From Candidatus Woesearchaeota archaeon (lineage in GTDB: Archaea; Nanobdellota; Nanobdellia; Woesearchaeales; GW2011-AR9), in NCBI GenBank assembly GCA_018696595.1, contig JABHQW010000003.1:1-64000 (forward strand): a stretch of DNA of 64,000 nt, read 5' to 3'. The translations under genes and the position numbers were made by a program. Below, in pieces: positions 18,294 through 28,462 of the stretch. How positions within the stretch are numbered: the stretch's first letter is position 1; every line of letters starts with the position of its first letter. The notes beneath the pieces were generated by a model. It was not told the origin of the DNA and made no database searches. It saw nothing but the letters and a program-made list of their open reading frames with translations.

Positions 18294-18467
18294 ATGACTA
18301 AAGGAACACCAAGCATGGGAAAACGGTCTGGAAAAAAGACCCACATGAGATGTAGAAGATGCGGTAAGCCTGCATATCACATGAGTAAAAAGAAATGTGC
18401 TTCTTGTGGCTACGGAGAAACAGCTAAGTTGAGAAAGTACGCTTGGAACAAGAAAAATTCCGCTTAA
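18294..18467 (+). CDS. rpl37e: 50S ribosomal protein L37e (57 aa, not in the ORF track)
   Basis: MTKGTPSMGKRSGKKTHMRCRRCGKPAYHMSKKKCASCGYG... Confidence 0.97.
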   Translation: MTKGTPSMGKRSGKKTHMRCRRCGKPAYHMSKKKCASCGYGETAKLRKYAWNKKNSA

Positions 18468-18528
18468 ATTTTTCTGTTCTGAAAATTAATATCCTTTAAT
18501 TTTTATGAACAAGAAAAACTCTGCTTAA
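18446..18528 (+). repeat. 22-bp direct repeat of the rpl37e 3' end around a 39-bp spacer
   Basis: gaacaagaaaaattccgcttaa (18446-18467) vs gaacaagaaaaactctgcttaa (18507-18528); spacer has AAAATTAA/TTAATTTT. Confidence 0.8.
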
Positions 18529-18582
18529 TTCTTATTTTTATTTTATTCTTAAACTTTCTAAAAATAATAAAAAATTAAAAAA

Positions 18583-19245
18583 TTAATTTTCCTTAAAGTA
18601 ATCTTCACAACTTGTTTTTACCATTTGACTCTTGATTAATTCACATTTTTCTTCATTATTGCTCAATTTTGCTATTTTTAAAATACATGAACCCTCTGAA
18701 ATTGTATTTTTTAAAGAAGAACATAGTTCGATGTTTAATGTTGTTTTAGCAATCTGGAAAATACATTTTTCTTTATCAACATAATTCAAATATTCACATA
18801 ACAGGGCATCATTTGTTACAATAGCTAATTCATGTCTACATTCTAGTTGTTGCTTTGAGTTATCAATAACTGAACAGAATTCATTATCTTTGCTATTAAT
18901 AGCAAAATAGTAATGGCAATTATCTTTCCAATATTGGTCTCCAATTTCTTTACAAGTCTCGGGATTGTTAGTTAATTTTGCAATCTGGGTGTGACAATTT
19001 CCTTTGACTTTATCAGTAACAATCAAATTACAAACTTCTAAATCTTTTTTTGTTTCAGCTAATTTTACGATGCAAAGATCTCTTAAAACCTGACTGGAAA
19101 TCTTGCTACATTGATTTGCTTCGTCATAACAATTGTCTTTTGCAGTTCCTTCTAAAGAAATACATTCATCATTGGCTTCTGTCACCTGACAAGCCGTTAA
19201 GATTAACATTGATACTACTAAAATGGTGATAATGATTTTTTTCAT
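18583..19245 (-). CDS. Cys-repeat lipoprotein
   Basis: Lipobox-like ILTAC; repeated C-x2-I-x6-7-C units; GGAGG RBS before ATG 19245. Confidence 0.7.
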   Translation of the reverse strand: MKKIIITILVVSMLILTACQVTEANDECISLEGTAKDNCYDEANQCSKISSQVLRDLCIVKLAETKKDLEVCNLIVTDKVKGNCHTQIAKLTNNPETCKEIGDQYWKDNCHYYFAINSKDNEFCSVIDNSKQQLECRHELAIVTNDALLCEYLNYVDKEKCIFQIAKTTLNIELCSSLKNTISEGSCILKIAKLSNNEEKCELIKSQMVKTSCEDYFKEN

Positions 19246-19312
19246 TTTAATCCTCCTTTGTACATTTAATAAGAACAAGAAAAAATGATATTTAAAGTTT
19301 GTGAATTAAATC

Positions 19313-19765
19313 TTATTTTTCATGAATAACTACCAAAGATTGGGTTTTATCAATTCCTGCAATTTTTTGGAATTTCTTAAGTAAGAACTGATCATATGCT
19401 TCAACATCTTTTACTCTTACTCTCATTATGATATCTGTTCCGCCTGTAACTACGGCCACTTCTGAGACTTCTGGGAGCATTTTAATCTCTTTAGCTAATT
19501 GGTGCTGGTCTTTCTTTAGTTCTCGTAAAGTCTTGTAATCTACTGATACTAAAACCATTACTGAGAAACCTTTCTCAATTTGTTTATAATCTAAATCAAC
19601 TGTAAATTTTTTGATAATTTTCTCTTGTTTTAATTTTCTGATTCTATTATGTATGGTTGTAGCTGGAAGTAATGTTTTCTTAGCAATCTGTCGAGTAGTA
19701 TAATCTCCGTGTTCTTCTAATATTTCAATAATCTTTTTATCTTTCTCGTCCAGTTTGTAAGTCAT
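19313..19765 (-). CDS. Lrp/AsnC family transcriptional regulator
   Basis: LDEKDKKII...TTIHNRIRKL..IIKKF HTH; VTGGTDI RAM domain. Confidence 0.92.
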   Translation of the reverse strand: MTYKLDEKDKKIIEILEEHGDYTTRQIAKKTLLPATTIHNRIRKLKQEKIIKKFTVDLDYKQIEKGFSVMVLVSVDYKTLRELKKDQHQLAKEIKMLPEVSEVAVVTGGTDIIMRVRVKDVEAYDQFLLKKFQKIAGIDKTQSLVVIHEK

Positions 19766-19898
19766 AATGGAACAAATGTCCCACTTTTATATAAATGTTT
19801 CGTGAATACTGCCTATTTTTCCATTATTTTTGGAGTAACTATATATAGTAACTCCTCTCTTGAGATATTAGGAAAAAGAGGTTTGAGATGTTTACAAA

Positions 19899-20183
19899 AT
19901 GAAACACCTAAAAACATTACAGGAAGAGGACCTTGGTTTTGCCGAGGGCGGACAAGTGGGCGTCAACATTGAACTAATTTGGGAAATGACTCAGAAAGAA
20001 GAAACTTTCGCAGAAGAATTCGCCAAAACAATGGCTCATGAATTAATGCACGTTCTTTTAGCGGATGCGCTAGGGAATAAATTGCGAAAAGTCCCTGTAA
20101 TTGTTGAAGAGGCGGTAATTCGTCATATCTTAGGTGAAGAGTGGACTGAAGAAATTGCTGCTATGTATTTGGAGGTGAGCTAA
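19899..20183 (+). CDS. Small HExxH protein
   Basis: AHELMHVLL motif. Confidence 0.55.
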   Translation: MKHLKTLQEEDLGFAEGGQVGVNIELIWEMTQKEETFAEEFAKTMAHELMHVLLADALGNKLRKVPVIVEEAVIRHILGEEWTEEIAAMYLEVS

Positions 20184-20184
20184 A

Positions 20185-20265
20185 ATGACTGCTGATAAAG
20201 AATTAGAATATGAATTGAAACGGATCGAATGGGAGAAAAAGATGGGATTGAAGTTTAGGTATTGA
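20185..20265 (+). CDS. 26-aa small protein (not in the ORF track)
   Basis: GGAGGTGA RBS then MTADKELEYELKRIEWEKKMGLKFRY. Confidence 0.4.
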   Translation: MTADKELEYELKRIEWEKKMGLKFRY

Positions 20266-20295
20266 TTGTACTGAAATAATGGAGGAATAATAAAA

Positions 20296-20604
20296 ATGAA
20301 ATTTAAAAAAACAATTTGTGGGTTAATTGCAGCTTTAAGTATTGGAGCTGCTGGTTGTAATGATCATAGGACTGAAGGAGTATCTTATCCTGTTAAAGGA
20401 TGCTCTTGGCACAATTATCGTTTTACTTTTAAGGGAGATAAATTACTCAGTGTAACTGCACCTTGTGTCTCTGAAGATAAGATGACTTGTCTTTATACTG
20501 AAGGTAATAAAAAAGAATGCCCAGGTCAACATACTTCTCATAAAGTAGATCAAGAAGTACTTGATAAATATCTTCGAATTTATGAAGAAGGTCAGAAGCA
20601 TTGA
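20296..20604 (+). CDS. Hypothetical lipoprotein
   Basis: GGAGG RBS, signal peptide ending AAGC, Cys pairs. Confidence 0.65.
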   Translation: MKFKKTICGLIAALSIGAAGCNDHRTEGVSYPVKGCSWHNYRFTFKGDKLLSVTAPCVSEDKMTCLYTEGNKKECPGQHTSHKVDQEVLDKYLRIYEEGQKH

Positions 20605-20698
20605 AAAAAGATGTGAAGTAAATATTTTTATTGATTAAATAGGAAATAATAAATAGTGATAGTTGTTAGGTTAACCTATCAAAGGAGGTTCAGATAAA

Positions 20699-21727
20699 AT
20701 GGAAATATTACCAAAAGGATATAAATCAAAATTAAGTTTCTTTGAAACCGAAGAAGCGATTAAGCTAGTTAAAGACACTTTCCAGAAACAGTTGTCTAAA
20801 AAGTTATCTTTACATCGAGTTACTGCACCAAGATTTTTAATGGTTGGTAAAGGTTTACAAGATGATCTTGCGGGAACACAAACTCCTGTTGATTTTAAAG
20901 TTAAGTTTAGTAAAACCCCAGTTGAGGTTGTACATAGTTTAGCAAAATGGAAAAGGCATGCATTAGGTAAATATGGTTTTAAACATGGCACCGGATTATA
21001 TACAGATATGGATGCAATAAGAAAAGATGAAGATATCTCGCCAATACATAGCATTTATGTTGATCAGTGGGATTGGGAAAGAGTTATTTCTAAAGAAGAA
21101 AGAACAATTCCGTTTTTGAAAAAAGTTGTTAAGAAAATTTATGCTGCAATTTTAGAAACAGAAAAGGTTGTTGAGAAAAAGTATTCTAGTTTGAAATCTA
21201 AATTGCCAAAAGAGATTAAATTTTTACATGCTCAAGAGTTGGAAGACTTATATCCAAAATTATCTATGAAAGAACGTGAAAAAGCGATTGCTAAAAAGCA
21301 TGGTGCAGTTTTTTTAATAGGTATTGGTCATCCTTTAAAGTCTGGAGAAGCGCATGATGTTCGTGCTGCAGATTATGATGATTGGTCAACAGAAACTTCT
21401 AAAGAGAGAAAAGGATTAAACGGAGATATTTTAGTTTGGGATTCTGTAAGAGATGATGTCTTAGAATTGTCTTCAATGGGAATTCGTGTAGCGGCAGAAT
21501 CGTTAGAAATTCAATTGAAACATATGGGTCTTGAAGAAAGAAAATCACTTGCTTTCCATAAAGCTGTTCTGGAAGAGAAACTACCTTTAACAATTGGTGG
21601 CGGAATTGGACAATCTCGGCTGTGTATGATTATGTTACACAAAGCTCATGTTGGAGAAGTACAAGCATCTATTTGGCCGGATGAAGTTGAAGAAGAGTTC
21701 GCTAAAAAGAAGGTTGTGTTGTTGTAA
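20699..21727 (+). CDS. asnA: Aspartate--ammonia ligase (bacterial-type AsnA)
   Basis: VVHSLAKWKR, YVDQWDWE, DYDDW, LNGDILVW, ELSSMGIRV, TIGGGIGQSR. Confidence 0.95.
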   Translation: MEILPKGYKSKLSFFETEEAIKLVKDTFQKQLSKKLSLHRVTAPRFLMVGKGLQDDLAGTQTPVDFKVKFSKTPVEVVHSLAKWKRHALGKYGFKHGTGLYTDMDAIRKDEDISPIHSIYVDQWDWERVISKEERTIPFLKKVVKKIYAAILETEKVVEKKYSSLKSKLPKEIKFLHAQELEDLYPKLSMKEREKAIAKKHGAVFLIGIGHPLKSGEAHDVRAADYDDWSTETSKERKGLNGDILVWDSVRDDVLELSSMGIRVAAESLEIQLKHMGLEERKSLAFHKAVLEEKLPLTIGGGIGQSRLCMIMLHKAHVGEVQASIWPDEVEEEFAKKKVVLL

Positions 21728-21766
21728 TCAATAACTTTTTATATTCTTTTATTATTGTCATTTCTT

Positions 21767-22480
21767 ATGAATAAGATAATTAGAGACATAGAAGCAATAA
21801 AAAGATTATCTCGAAAGGTACTTTTAGATTTAAAAAGAAGAAAACTTAAGAAAGCTAAAGAGCATTTAAACGATATTATTGCTTTTGATATGGATGAATT
21901 AACAAGATTGCAAAGAGAGAATGGCGATAGAGAAGTAATTGATGAATGCTTAATTGTTTTAAAACAAGCCAGAAGGGCATTACAAAATGTTAATAATTTT
22001 GATAATTTAGTAGAAGCAAAAAAGTTAGTGCAAAAGATTGGGGCAATTGAAGAAAAAGAGTTATCACAAATAAGATTAAGAGCACACCATGTTGGCAAGA
22101 TTCTTGGATATCACTTGTCTCCAAAAGTTTTTGAATTATCTGATGCTGAATATCTTGCCGAGATGCATGAAGTCATGAAAAATGATCCTAATTATCCTAA
22201 TGATTTTTATTCTGATGAATGGTTTTTAGGAATGAGAGAAATATTTAAAAAAATGTTTGATGATCCTACCATTAAATTTGAATATGTTACTGGTTCTGAT
22301 TCTCTTTGTACGCTTTGTCACCATAGGAAAAAATGTATTGATGTTAATCATGAATTTCATGAAGTTGTAAATAAACATGATGCAAAAGAGGCAGTTGAAC
22401 ATTCTGATTTAAAGAAAGGGAGAAATTATGGTGTTAAGTTTATCTTGCAAATCTATAAAAAGAAAGGTTGGCTTAAGTAG
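21767..22480 (+). CDS. DUF1284-like domain protein with extra N-terminal helical domain
   Basis: IRLRAHH...GSDSLCTLC...C pattern in the C-terminal half. Confidence 0.55.
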   Translation: MNKIIRDIEAIKRLSRKVLLDLKRRKLKKAKEHLNDIIAFDMDELTRLQRENGDREVIDECLIVLKQARRALQNVNNFDNLVEAKKLVQKIGAIEEKELSQIRLRAHHVGKILGYHLSPKVFELSDAEYLAEMHEVMKNDPNYPNDFYSDEWFLGMREIFKKMFDDPTIKFEYVTGSDSLCTLCHHRKKCIDVNHEFHEVVNKHDAKEAVEHSDLKKGRNYGVKFILQIYKKKGWLK

Positions 22481-22540
22481 GTTCTAATTATCTTATAACA
22501 ATTACATTTATATATCTCTTTTCTTTCTTTAATTAATAAT

Positions 22541-22798
22541 ATGAACTTACAAAAAGAAGTAACTGAAATCAAAGAAAGAAACAAAAAAGTAGAAGCAGAC
22601 AAAGCCTGGGAAACTAGTTGGAGCAGGAAACTTGTTATTGCTGTTCTAACTTATGCTGTTATTGTAATATTTTTTTACTTTGCTGATTTGCCAAAACCAT
22701 TTGTTAATTCTATTGTTCCTACTTTGGGTTTTGTATTATCAACATTAACCTTAACCTGGTTTAAGAAATTGTGGATAAAGATAACTTACAAAAAATGA
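22541..22798 (+). CDS. Small membrane protein
   Basis: ERNKKVEADKAWETS followed by two TM helices. Confidence 0.7.
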   Translation: MNLQKEVTEIKERNKKVEADKAWETSWSRKLVIAVLTYAVIVIFFYFADLPKPFVNSIVPTLGFVLSTLTLTWFKKLWIKITYKK

Positions 22799-23370
22799 AA
22801 AAGATATATCAGCAAATCTGGAAACTAGCTAAACCATACTACCAGAAAGGCCGTCCGATGGACATTGATCACATTGAATGGATGATGAAAGATGCTTTAC
22901 TTGTTTCTGAGAAAGAAAGATTGGATGATACTTTATTGCTACCTTTAGTAATTCTGCATGATGTTGGTTACGCTGAGGTTCCTAAAGATAACCCTTACAA
23001 TTTAGATTTAAGAAAAGCGCATATGAAAGCAGGTAAGAAGATTGCCAAAGATATTTTAGAAAAAGTAGATTATCCAAAAGAGAAAATTGAACAAATATCT
23101 TATTACGTTTCTGTACATGATAATTGGGCTTTAGGGGATAATAAAATTTACAAAAAAGATATTATTCTGGGAACTTTTACGGATTTAGATTTTACCTGGA
23201 TGACAACTAAGAAAGGTTTTCCTGCTTTAATGAAAATTCTTAAAAAGAATAAAAAAGAAATGATTGAATATCTTAAAAATAATGAAAAATTATCTTTGAG
23301 ACCATTCGTAACGAAAACTACTGAAGAATTATTTCAGAAATATCTTCAAGCCAGGAAGAAAGCTTTATAA
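22795..23370 (+). CDS. HD domain protein
   Basis: DH...ILHDVGY...HM...VHD..DLD; ATGA overlap with the upstream gene. Confidence 0.8.
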   Translation: MKKIYQQIWKLAKPYYQKGRPMDIDHIEWMMKDALLVSEKERLDDTLLLPLVILHDVGYAEVPKDNPYNLDLRKAHMKAGKKIAKDILEKVDYPKEKIEQISYYVSVHDNWALGDNKIYKKDIILGTFTDLDFTWMTTKKGFPALMKILKKNKKEMIEYLKNNEKLSLRPFVTKTTEELFQKYLQARKKAL

Positions 23371-23432
23371 AATTCAATATAATCATTAAATTTAGTTTAT
23401 TTAGTGAATAAAAAAGAGGAATGGAGATAAAA

Positions 23433-24755
23433 ATGAAAAATATATTATTAATAAGTTTATGTTTACTAACAACTATTTTTTTGTTAGCTGGATGTACTAA
23501 TCAATTTAATGAAGTTGAAGAAATTGTTGTGGAAGAATTTGAAGAAGATTCTGTTGCTGAAGCGGATGAAGAGATATTAGTACCCGAAATTAACAATATA
23601 TTAACAGAAAAGTTTACGACTATTGCTGGAAAAAAAGATTTTTACAATACAAATTTTGTTTCTGAAGGAGACAATGTTCGTTTTATGCCTGAACTAACTG
23701 GTAAGTCTGACGTTTATAATTGGAGATCTAGTATTGATGGTCATCTGAGTTCAAATCAAATCTTTGTAACAAATGATTTGTCGCCAGGAATCCACCTGAT
23801 TTATTTTAAAGTCGGGCTTGGGGATAAGTGGTCTGATGAAGTTAATACAAAATTAGAAGTAAAGAAAAAAGCAACAACAGTAACAACAAAAGCTCCTACT
23901 AAACCAGAGGCAAAAATAGATTACATTACACCAACCTCAGCAGAGATGGGAGATAAAGTTGAATTTTCTGGAGATAAAAAAGAAAAAAATCTCCTTTCAA
24001 AAAATTCCATTCCTAAACATGGTTGTAGTTGGAGATCTAATATTGATGGTCAGTTAAGTTCCGGGTGCAGTTTTAGTAGTTCTTCGTTATCTGTAGGAAC
24101 CCACACTATTTATCTTAAAGTTAGAAGTTATAACTTAGTTTTAGTCAAGGATGGAAAAACAGGAAAAGTTTATAGTGATTGGTCAGAGGAAGTAAGCCAA
24201 GAAATAACAATCAAGCAAACTAAAACAGCACCTTCAGCACATATTGATTCAATATTTCCTAATTTGATTAAAGATGTTGAAGAAGCTTCTTTAAGTGGAC
24301 ATGGTGAGGGAGATAATGAAATTGTTGCTTACGAATGGAGGTCTGATATTAGTGGGGTTTTAAGTGATTTAAGTTCAGCAACTGTTTCAGAATTGTCTCC
24401 GGGAACCCATGCCATCTATTTTAAGGTTCAAGATAATAATGGTGTGTGGTCAGAAGAAGCAAGTTCCACATTAGTGGTAGAAAATACTTTTTCACCTGTA
24501 GCTTATATTGATATGATATCACCTAATCCTGCAACCACAGTGGATGATATTTTGTTTGTTGCTAATGGAGAAGATAGTGATGGTGTTATAATTGCTTGTA
24601 GTTGGAGAATGGATGATTATGGCGTAATCTCTGATCAATGTTCATTTGGTGCTTCTGAATTTGAAGCTGGTACATATGTTTTTTATCTTCAGGTACAAGA
24701 TAATGATGGCTTATGGTCAGAAGAAGTAACTGGGATTTTAGAAGTGAATGAATAA
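23433..24755 (+). CDS. Surface lipoprotein with four Ig/PKD-like repeats
   Basis: LLAGC lipobox; repeated WRSxIDG...GxHxIYxxVQDNxGxWS units. Confidence 0.75.
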   Translation: MKNILLISLCLLTTIFLLAGCTNQFNEVEEIVVEEFEEDSVAEADEEILVPEINNILTEKFTTIAGKKDFYNTNFVSEGDNVRFMPELTGKSDVYNWRSSIDGHLSSNQIFVTNDLSPGIHLIYFKVGLGDKWSDEVNTKLEVKKKATTVTTKAPTKPEAKIDYITPTSAEMGDKVEFSGDKKEKNLLSKNSIPKHGCSWRSNIDGQLSSGCSFSSSSLSVGTHTIYLKVRSYNLVLVKDGKTGKVYSDWSEEVSQEITIKQTKTAPSAHIDSIFPNLIKDVEEASLSGHGEGDNEIVAYEWRSDISGVLSDLSSATVSELSPGTHAIYFKVQDNNGVWSEEASSTLVVENTFSPVAYIDMISPNPATTVDDILFVANGEDSDGVIIACSWRMDDYGVISDQCSFGASEFEAGTYVFYLQVQDNDGLWSEEVTGILEVNE

Positions 24756-24844
24756 TTTTTTCTTTTTTCTCATTTTTCTCATGAATTTGTTTAAACTTTA
24801 ATTCCTAAGAAAGCTTTATAAAATATAATAAAATAACTTTTAAT

Positions 24845-26137
24845 ATGAAATACGTATCAATACAAGAAGCGATTAAAAAGGGAAAAGGTAAAGTCTCAGT
24901 TAGAGGCTGGGTCCACAGAGAAAGAGGCAGCAACAAGTTTAAATTTATTACTTTAAGAGATGTTACTAATGTTATTCAATGTATTTTTGAAAAAGAGAAT
25001 TTTGGGCAGGAATGGGATGCTTTGGATAAAATGCAAGTTGAAACTTCTATTAAACTTACTGGAGATCTAAAAGAAGATAAAAGGGCTTCTAATGGATACG
25101 AAATTAATGTTAAAGAGTTTCATATTATTGGAGAAAGTGATAGTTATCCGATTACTAAAGATTTTTCTGTAGAACATTTAGCAGATAATAGACATTTATG
25201 GTTGAGAAGTAGAAAAATGGTTGCCATTATGAAAGTTCGAAGTACTTACATTCAGGCAAGAGATGAATTTTTCAGAAAAGAAGGATTCCACAGATTTGAT
25301 GCACCAATTATGCAACCAATGCAATGTGAAGGTGGCAGTACTTTGTTTGAAGTTAAATATTACAAAGATAAACAATATTTGTCTCAATCTTGGCAACTTT
25401 ATGCTGAAGCAGGAGTTTTTGGATTAGAAAAAATATATAATATGGGTCCAACATTTCGGGCAGAGAAATCTAAAACCAGTAGGCATCTTTCAGAATTTTG
25501 GATGGCAGAAGCAGAAGTGGCTTGGGCAGATTTGCACGATATCAGCGAATTAGCAAAAAGAGAATTAAAGTATTGTCTTAAAATAGTTGCTGAAGAACGA
25601 GCAGAAGAATTAAAACAGTTAGGGAAAGATGCTAAAGAAATTCTTAAAATGGTGAAGGCAGAATGGCCAACTATTAAGTATCGTGAAGCTCTAAAAATTC
25701 TTAAAACGAAATGTAAAATGGATGTTCCTTTTGGTAAGGATTTGAGGACCATAGAAGAAGAAGAATTGATGAAGCATTTTGATGTTCCTATTGTTGTTAC
25801 TCACTATCCTGTTGAAGTAATGGCTTTTTACAAACCAAGAGATCCTGAACAGATTGATGAAGCTTTATGTTTTGATATGTTAGCTCCTGAAGGCTACGGA
25901 GAAATCATTGGTGGCAGTCAAAGAAGTCTTGACATAAAAGATATGGAAGAACGCTTAAAGAAAGATGGTGAAGATGTTAAGGAGTATGGTTGGTACTTTG
26001 ATTTAAGAAAGTATGGCTCAATTCCACATTCTGGTTATGGTATTGGAGTAGAAAGAATTGTTCGTTGGGTTTGTGGTTTGGATAATATTAAAGATGCTAT
26101 TCCGTTTCCGAGAACTATGGACCGATATAAACCCTAA
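24845..26137 (+). CDS. asnS: Asparagine--tRNA ligase
   Basis: OB-fold RGWVH..., LSQSWQLY, FRAEKSKTSRHLSEFWM, EIIGGSQR, PHSGYGIGVER. Confidence 0.9.
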   Translation: MKYVSIQEAIKKGKGKVSVRGWVHRERGSNKFKFITLRDVTNVIQCIFEKENFGQEWDALDKMQVETSIKLTGDLKEDKRASNGYEINVKEFHIIGESDSYPITKDFSVEHLADNRHLWLRSRKMVAIMKVRSTYIQARDEFFRKEGFHRFDAPIMQPMQCEGGSTLFEVKYYKDKQYLSQSWQLYAEAGVFGLEKIYNMGPTFRAEKSKTSRHLSEFWMAEAEVAWADLHDISELAKRELKYCLKIVAEERAEELKQLGKDAKEILKMVKAEWPTIKYREALKILKTKCKMDVPFGKDLRTIEEEELMKHFDVPIVVTHYPVEVMAFYKPRDPEQIDEALCFDMLAPEGYGEIIGGSQRSLDIKDMEERLKKDGEDVKEYGWYFDLRKYGSIPHSGYGIGVERIVRWVCGLDNIKDAIPFPRTMDRYKP

Positions 26138-26209
26138 TCTTTCCATGCGCAAGTGTTTACCAATTAATTAACAAATATTTTTATATTACCTTTCTTTTTT
26201 ACTTCTAAA

Positions 26210-26710
26210 ATGACCCTACACTTCACACATAACCTGCAAGAAGCACAAAGTAATATCCAAGCAGAAGGTTATCATGAGATTATTGTGCATGATAAAGAAG
26301 AACCTAAAGATTATATGAATTCTTGTGATATTGTAGAGAAGTACGGAAATGCTAAACATGAAATTGTTGAATTGATTAATCAAGTTTATAATAAAAGTTT
26401 TAATCATCACAATTGGATCAATAAAAATTTAGAAGATGAAGTTGCTTATTTCATTAATGAGGTTGGTTCAAACTCATTGAATCATTCTGAGTTTAAAGCA
26501 CCTCATAAGTTTCACGTTTGGTTTGGTAAACAGGGATTCATTGTTGCAGTTGAACAGCTGGGTAAAGGATTTAATGCTGAAGATGTTCATGAGAATAAGA
26601 TTAAGAGTAATGAAGGCAGAGCTTTTGAATTTTTTAATAATTGTAAAAGTAAAATTTTCTTTGATGATTCAAAAGAAGCTAAGATTGTTTTTATGGAGCA
26701 TGAAATATGA
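26210..26710 (+). CDS. Degenerate HATPase-like hypothetical protein
   Basis: NEVGSNSLNH N-box-like and GKGF/GRAF G-box-like segments. Confidence 0.45.
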   Translation: MTLHFTHNLQEAQSNIQAEGYHEIIVHDKEEPKDYMNSCDIVEKYGNAKHEIVELINQVYNKSFNHHNWINKNLEDEVAYFINEVGSNSLNHSEFKAPHKFHVWFGKQGFIVAVEQLGKGFNAEDVHENKIKSNEGRAFEFFNNCKSKIFFDDSKEAKIVFMEHEI

Positions 26711-27714
26711 GTAATTATATCCTAAAACAAATACCAGAAGATTTTGTTGTAACAGAAGTCAGTAATCTTAACGTTTTAGATAATGGTAAGTTTGCTTATG
26801 TTTTAATGAAGAAGACTAACCGTAATACTTTAGATTGTGTTAGGGAAATAGCAAAACAACTTAACATTAGAGAAAAAGATGTTGGTTTTGCTGGTAGTAA
26901 AGATAAGAACGCAGTTACTTCACAATTAATTTCTATTAAGAATGTTTCTAAAGAAAAGATTGCTTCTATTAATGTTGATAATGTTTCTCTAAAGATAGTT
27001 GGATATAATAACAAACCAATCTCTTTAGGTGATTTATCAGGAAACAAATTTGAGATTGTTGTTAGAGACTTAGATTCTGTTAAGGTTCAAGAAACTAACT
27101 TTGTTGCCAATTACTTTGATGAACAAAGGTTCTCTGTTCACAATGTTGCTATTGGAAGAAATATGATTAAGAAAGAGTTTAAGGAAGCTGTTAAGTTAAT
27201 GAATGATACTCGTGCGGATGAACATTTAGAGAAACATAAGAATGATTCCATTGGCGCCATGAAGAAATTGCCTAAAAGATTGTTGATGATGTATGTTCAT
27301 TCTTATCAGAGTTATTTGTGGAATGAAACTTTAAGAATTTATTTAGAAGAAAATTCTAAGGTTGTTAATAAAATGAAATATTCTCTTGGTGAGTTCGTGT
27401 TTGTTTCTGAAAAGAAATTTTTACAAATTCCTTTAATTGGATTTAATGATGGTTTAGTTACAGAAGAAGTTAAAGAAATAATAGATGAAATCATGAAAAA
27501 AGAAAAACTTAAGCATTCTGATTTTATCATTAAACAAATCCCTGAATTGTCTTTAGAGGGAGATTTAAGAAATGCTTTCGTTGATGTTAAGGATTTAAAA
27601 ATTGGCAAAACAGAAAAAGATGAACTGAATACTGGTAAGAAGAAAGTTAAGGTTTATTTTTCATTAGGTAAAGGTTCTTATGCCACTATGGTTGTTAGGA
27701 AACTAATTAATTGA
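26707..27714 (+). CDS. truD: tRNA pseudouridine(13) synthase TruD/Pus7
   Basis: PEDFVV, GFAGSKDKNAVT, GNKFEI, NYFDEQRF, GSYATM. Confidence 0.93.
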   Translation: MSNYILKQIPEDFVVTEVSNLNVLDNGKFAYVLMKKTNRNTLDCVREIAKQLNIREKDVGFAGSKDKNAVTSQLISIKNVSKEKIASINVDNVSLKIVGYNNKPISLGDLSGNKFEIVVRDLDSVKVQETNFVANYFDEQRFSVHNVAIGRNMIKKEFKEAVKLMNDTRADEHLEKHKNDSIGAMKKLPKRLLMMYVHSYQSYLWNETLRIYLEENSKVVNKMKYSLGEFVFVSEKKFLQIPLIGFNDGLVTEEVKEIIDEIMKKEKLKHSDFIIKQIPELSLEGDLRNAFVDVKDLKIGKTEKDELNTGKKKVKVYFSLGKGSYATMVVRKLIN

Positions 27715-27745
27715 AATGTGGTCTTGAGTTTCTAAAACTTTATTA

Positions 27746-28456
27746 ATGATTGCTGTAAATGTGAAATCTATGAAAAATAATAATCCCATCAATCCACATT
27801 ATGTTCCTGAACAAAAGACGCCTTTCTGGAGAAAGCCAGGTTTTGGTATGGGGGCATTTGTAGGTACAGTAGTATTAGCATCTCTTGGTGCAGTTAATTA
27901 TACTTTATTTAAAGAACCTATAGATTCATTTGTTCACAAAAAAGTAATGCCTGCAGTTTATGAAATGGTTGATGAAGAATATGTTGAACCATTAAGAAAC
28001 ATTTATGATCCAAAAGAAGTAAGAAAAACGGGAAAATGGGCAGCAAATTGTGATTTACAATATGAAGAACGTGATGATGATAAAAAAGTCTTTGAAGCAG
28101 AATGTTGGTTTAATGATGGGCGAAAAACAGTTACTGGATGTGATTTTCCCAATGCAACAGAAACCGGCACAGTAGATGTTGACCCTTTCGTTTACATTAG
28201 TCAATTTGCAACGTATCGTGGGGAAGACGCTTTAGACAGACTTAAAGAAGATTTTGATGATTGTCCACAATTAGATTCAATTATGATCTCTGGGAAATCT
28301 ACATCAAAGAAGGTTAATGGCTTACATGAATTTACACATCATCCTGTGCCTTCACCGTGGACATTAGAAGATCTTACAGAACCAGAACTTCAGAAGATTG
28401 CAAACCATTTTGACAAACAAAAATTTGCTCCTTATAGGACTTTAATGGGAATGTAA
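27746..28456 (+). CDS. Hypothetical single-pass membrane protein
   Basis: One TM segment, Cys-containing soluble domain; start uncertain. Confidence 0.55.
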   Translation: MIAVNVKSMKNNNPINPHYVPEQKTPFWRKPGFGMGAFVGTVVLASLGAVNYTLFKEPIDSFVHKKVMPAVYEMVDEEYVEPLRNIYDPKEVRKTGKWAANCDLQYEERDDDKKVFEAECWFNDGRKTVTGCDFPNATETGTVDVDPFVYISQFATYRGEDALDRLKEDFDDCPQLDSIMISGKSTSKKVNGLHEFTHHPVPSPWTLEDLTEPELQKIANHFDKQKFAPYRTLMGM

Positions 28457-28462
28457 GTTGTT

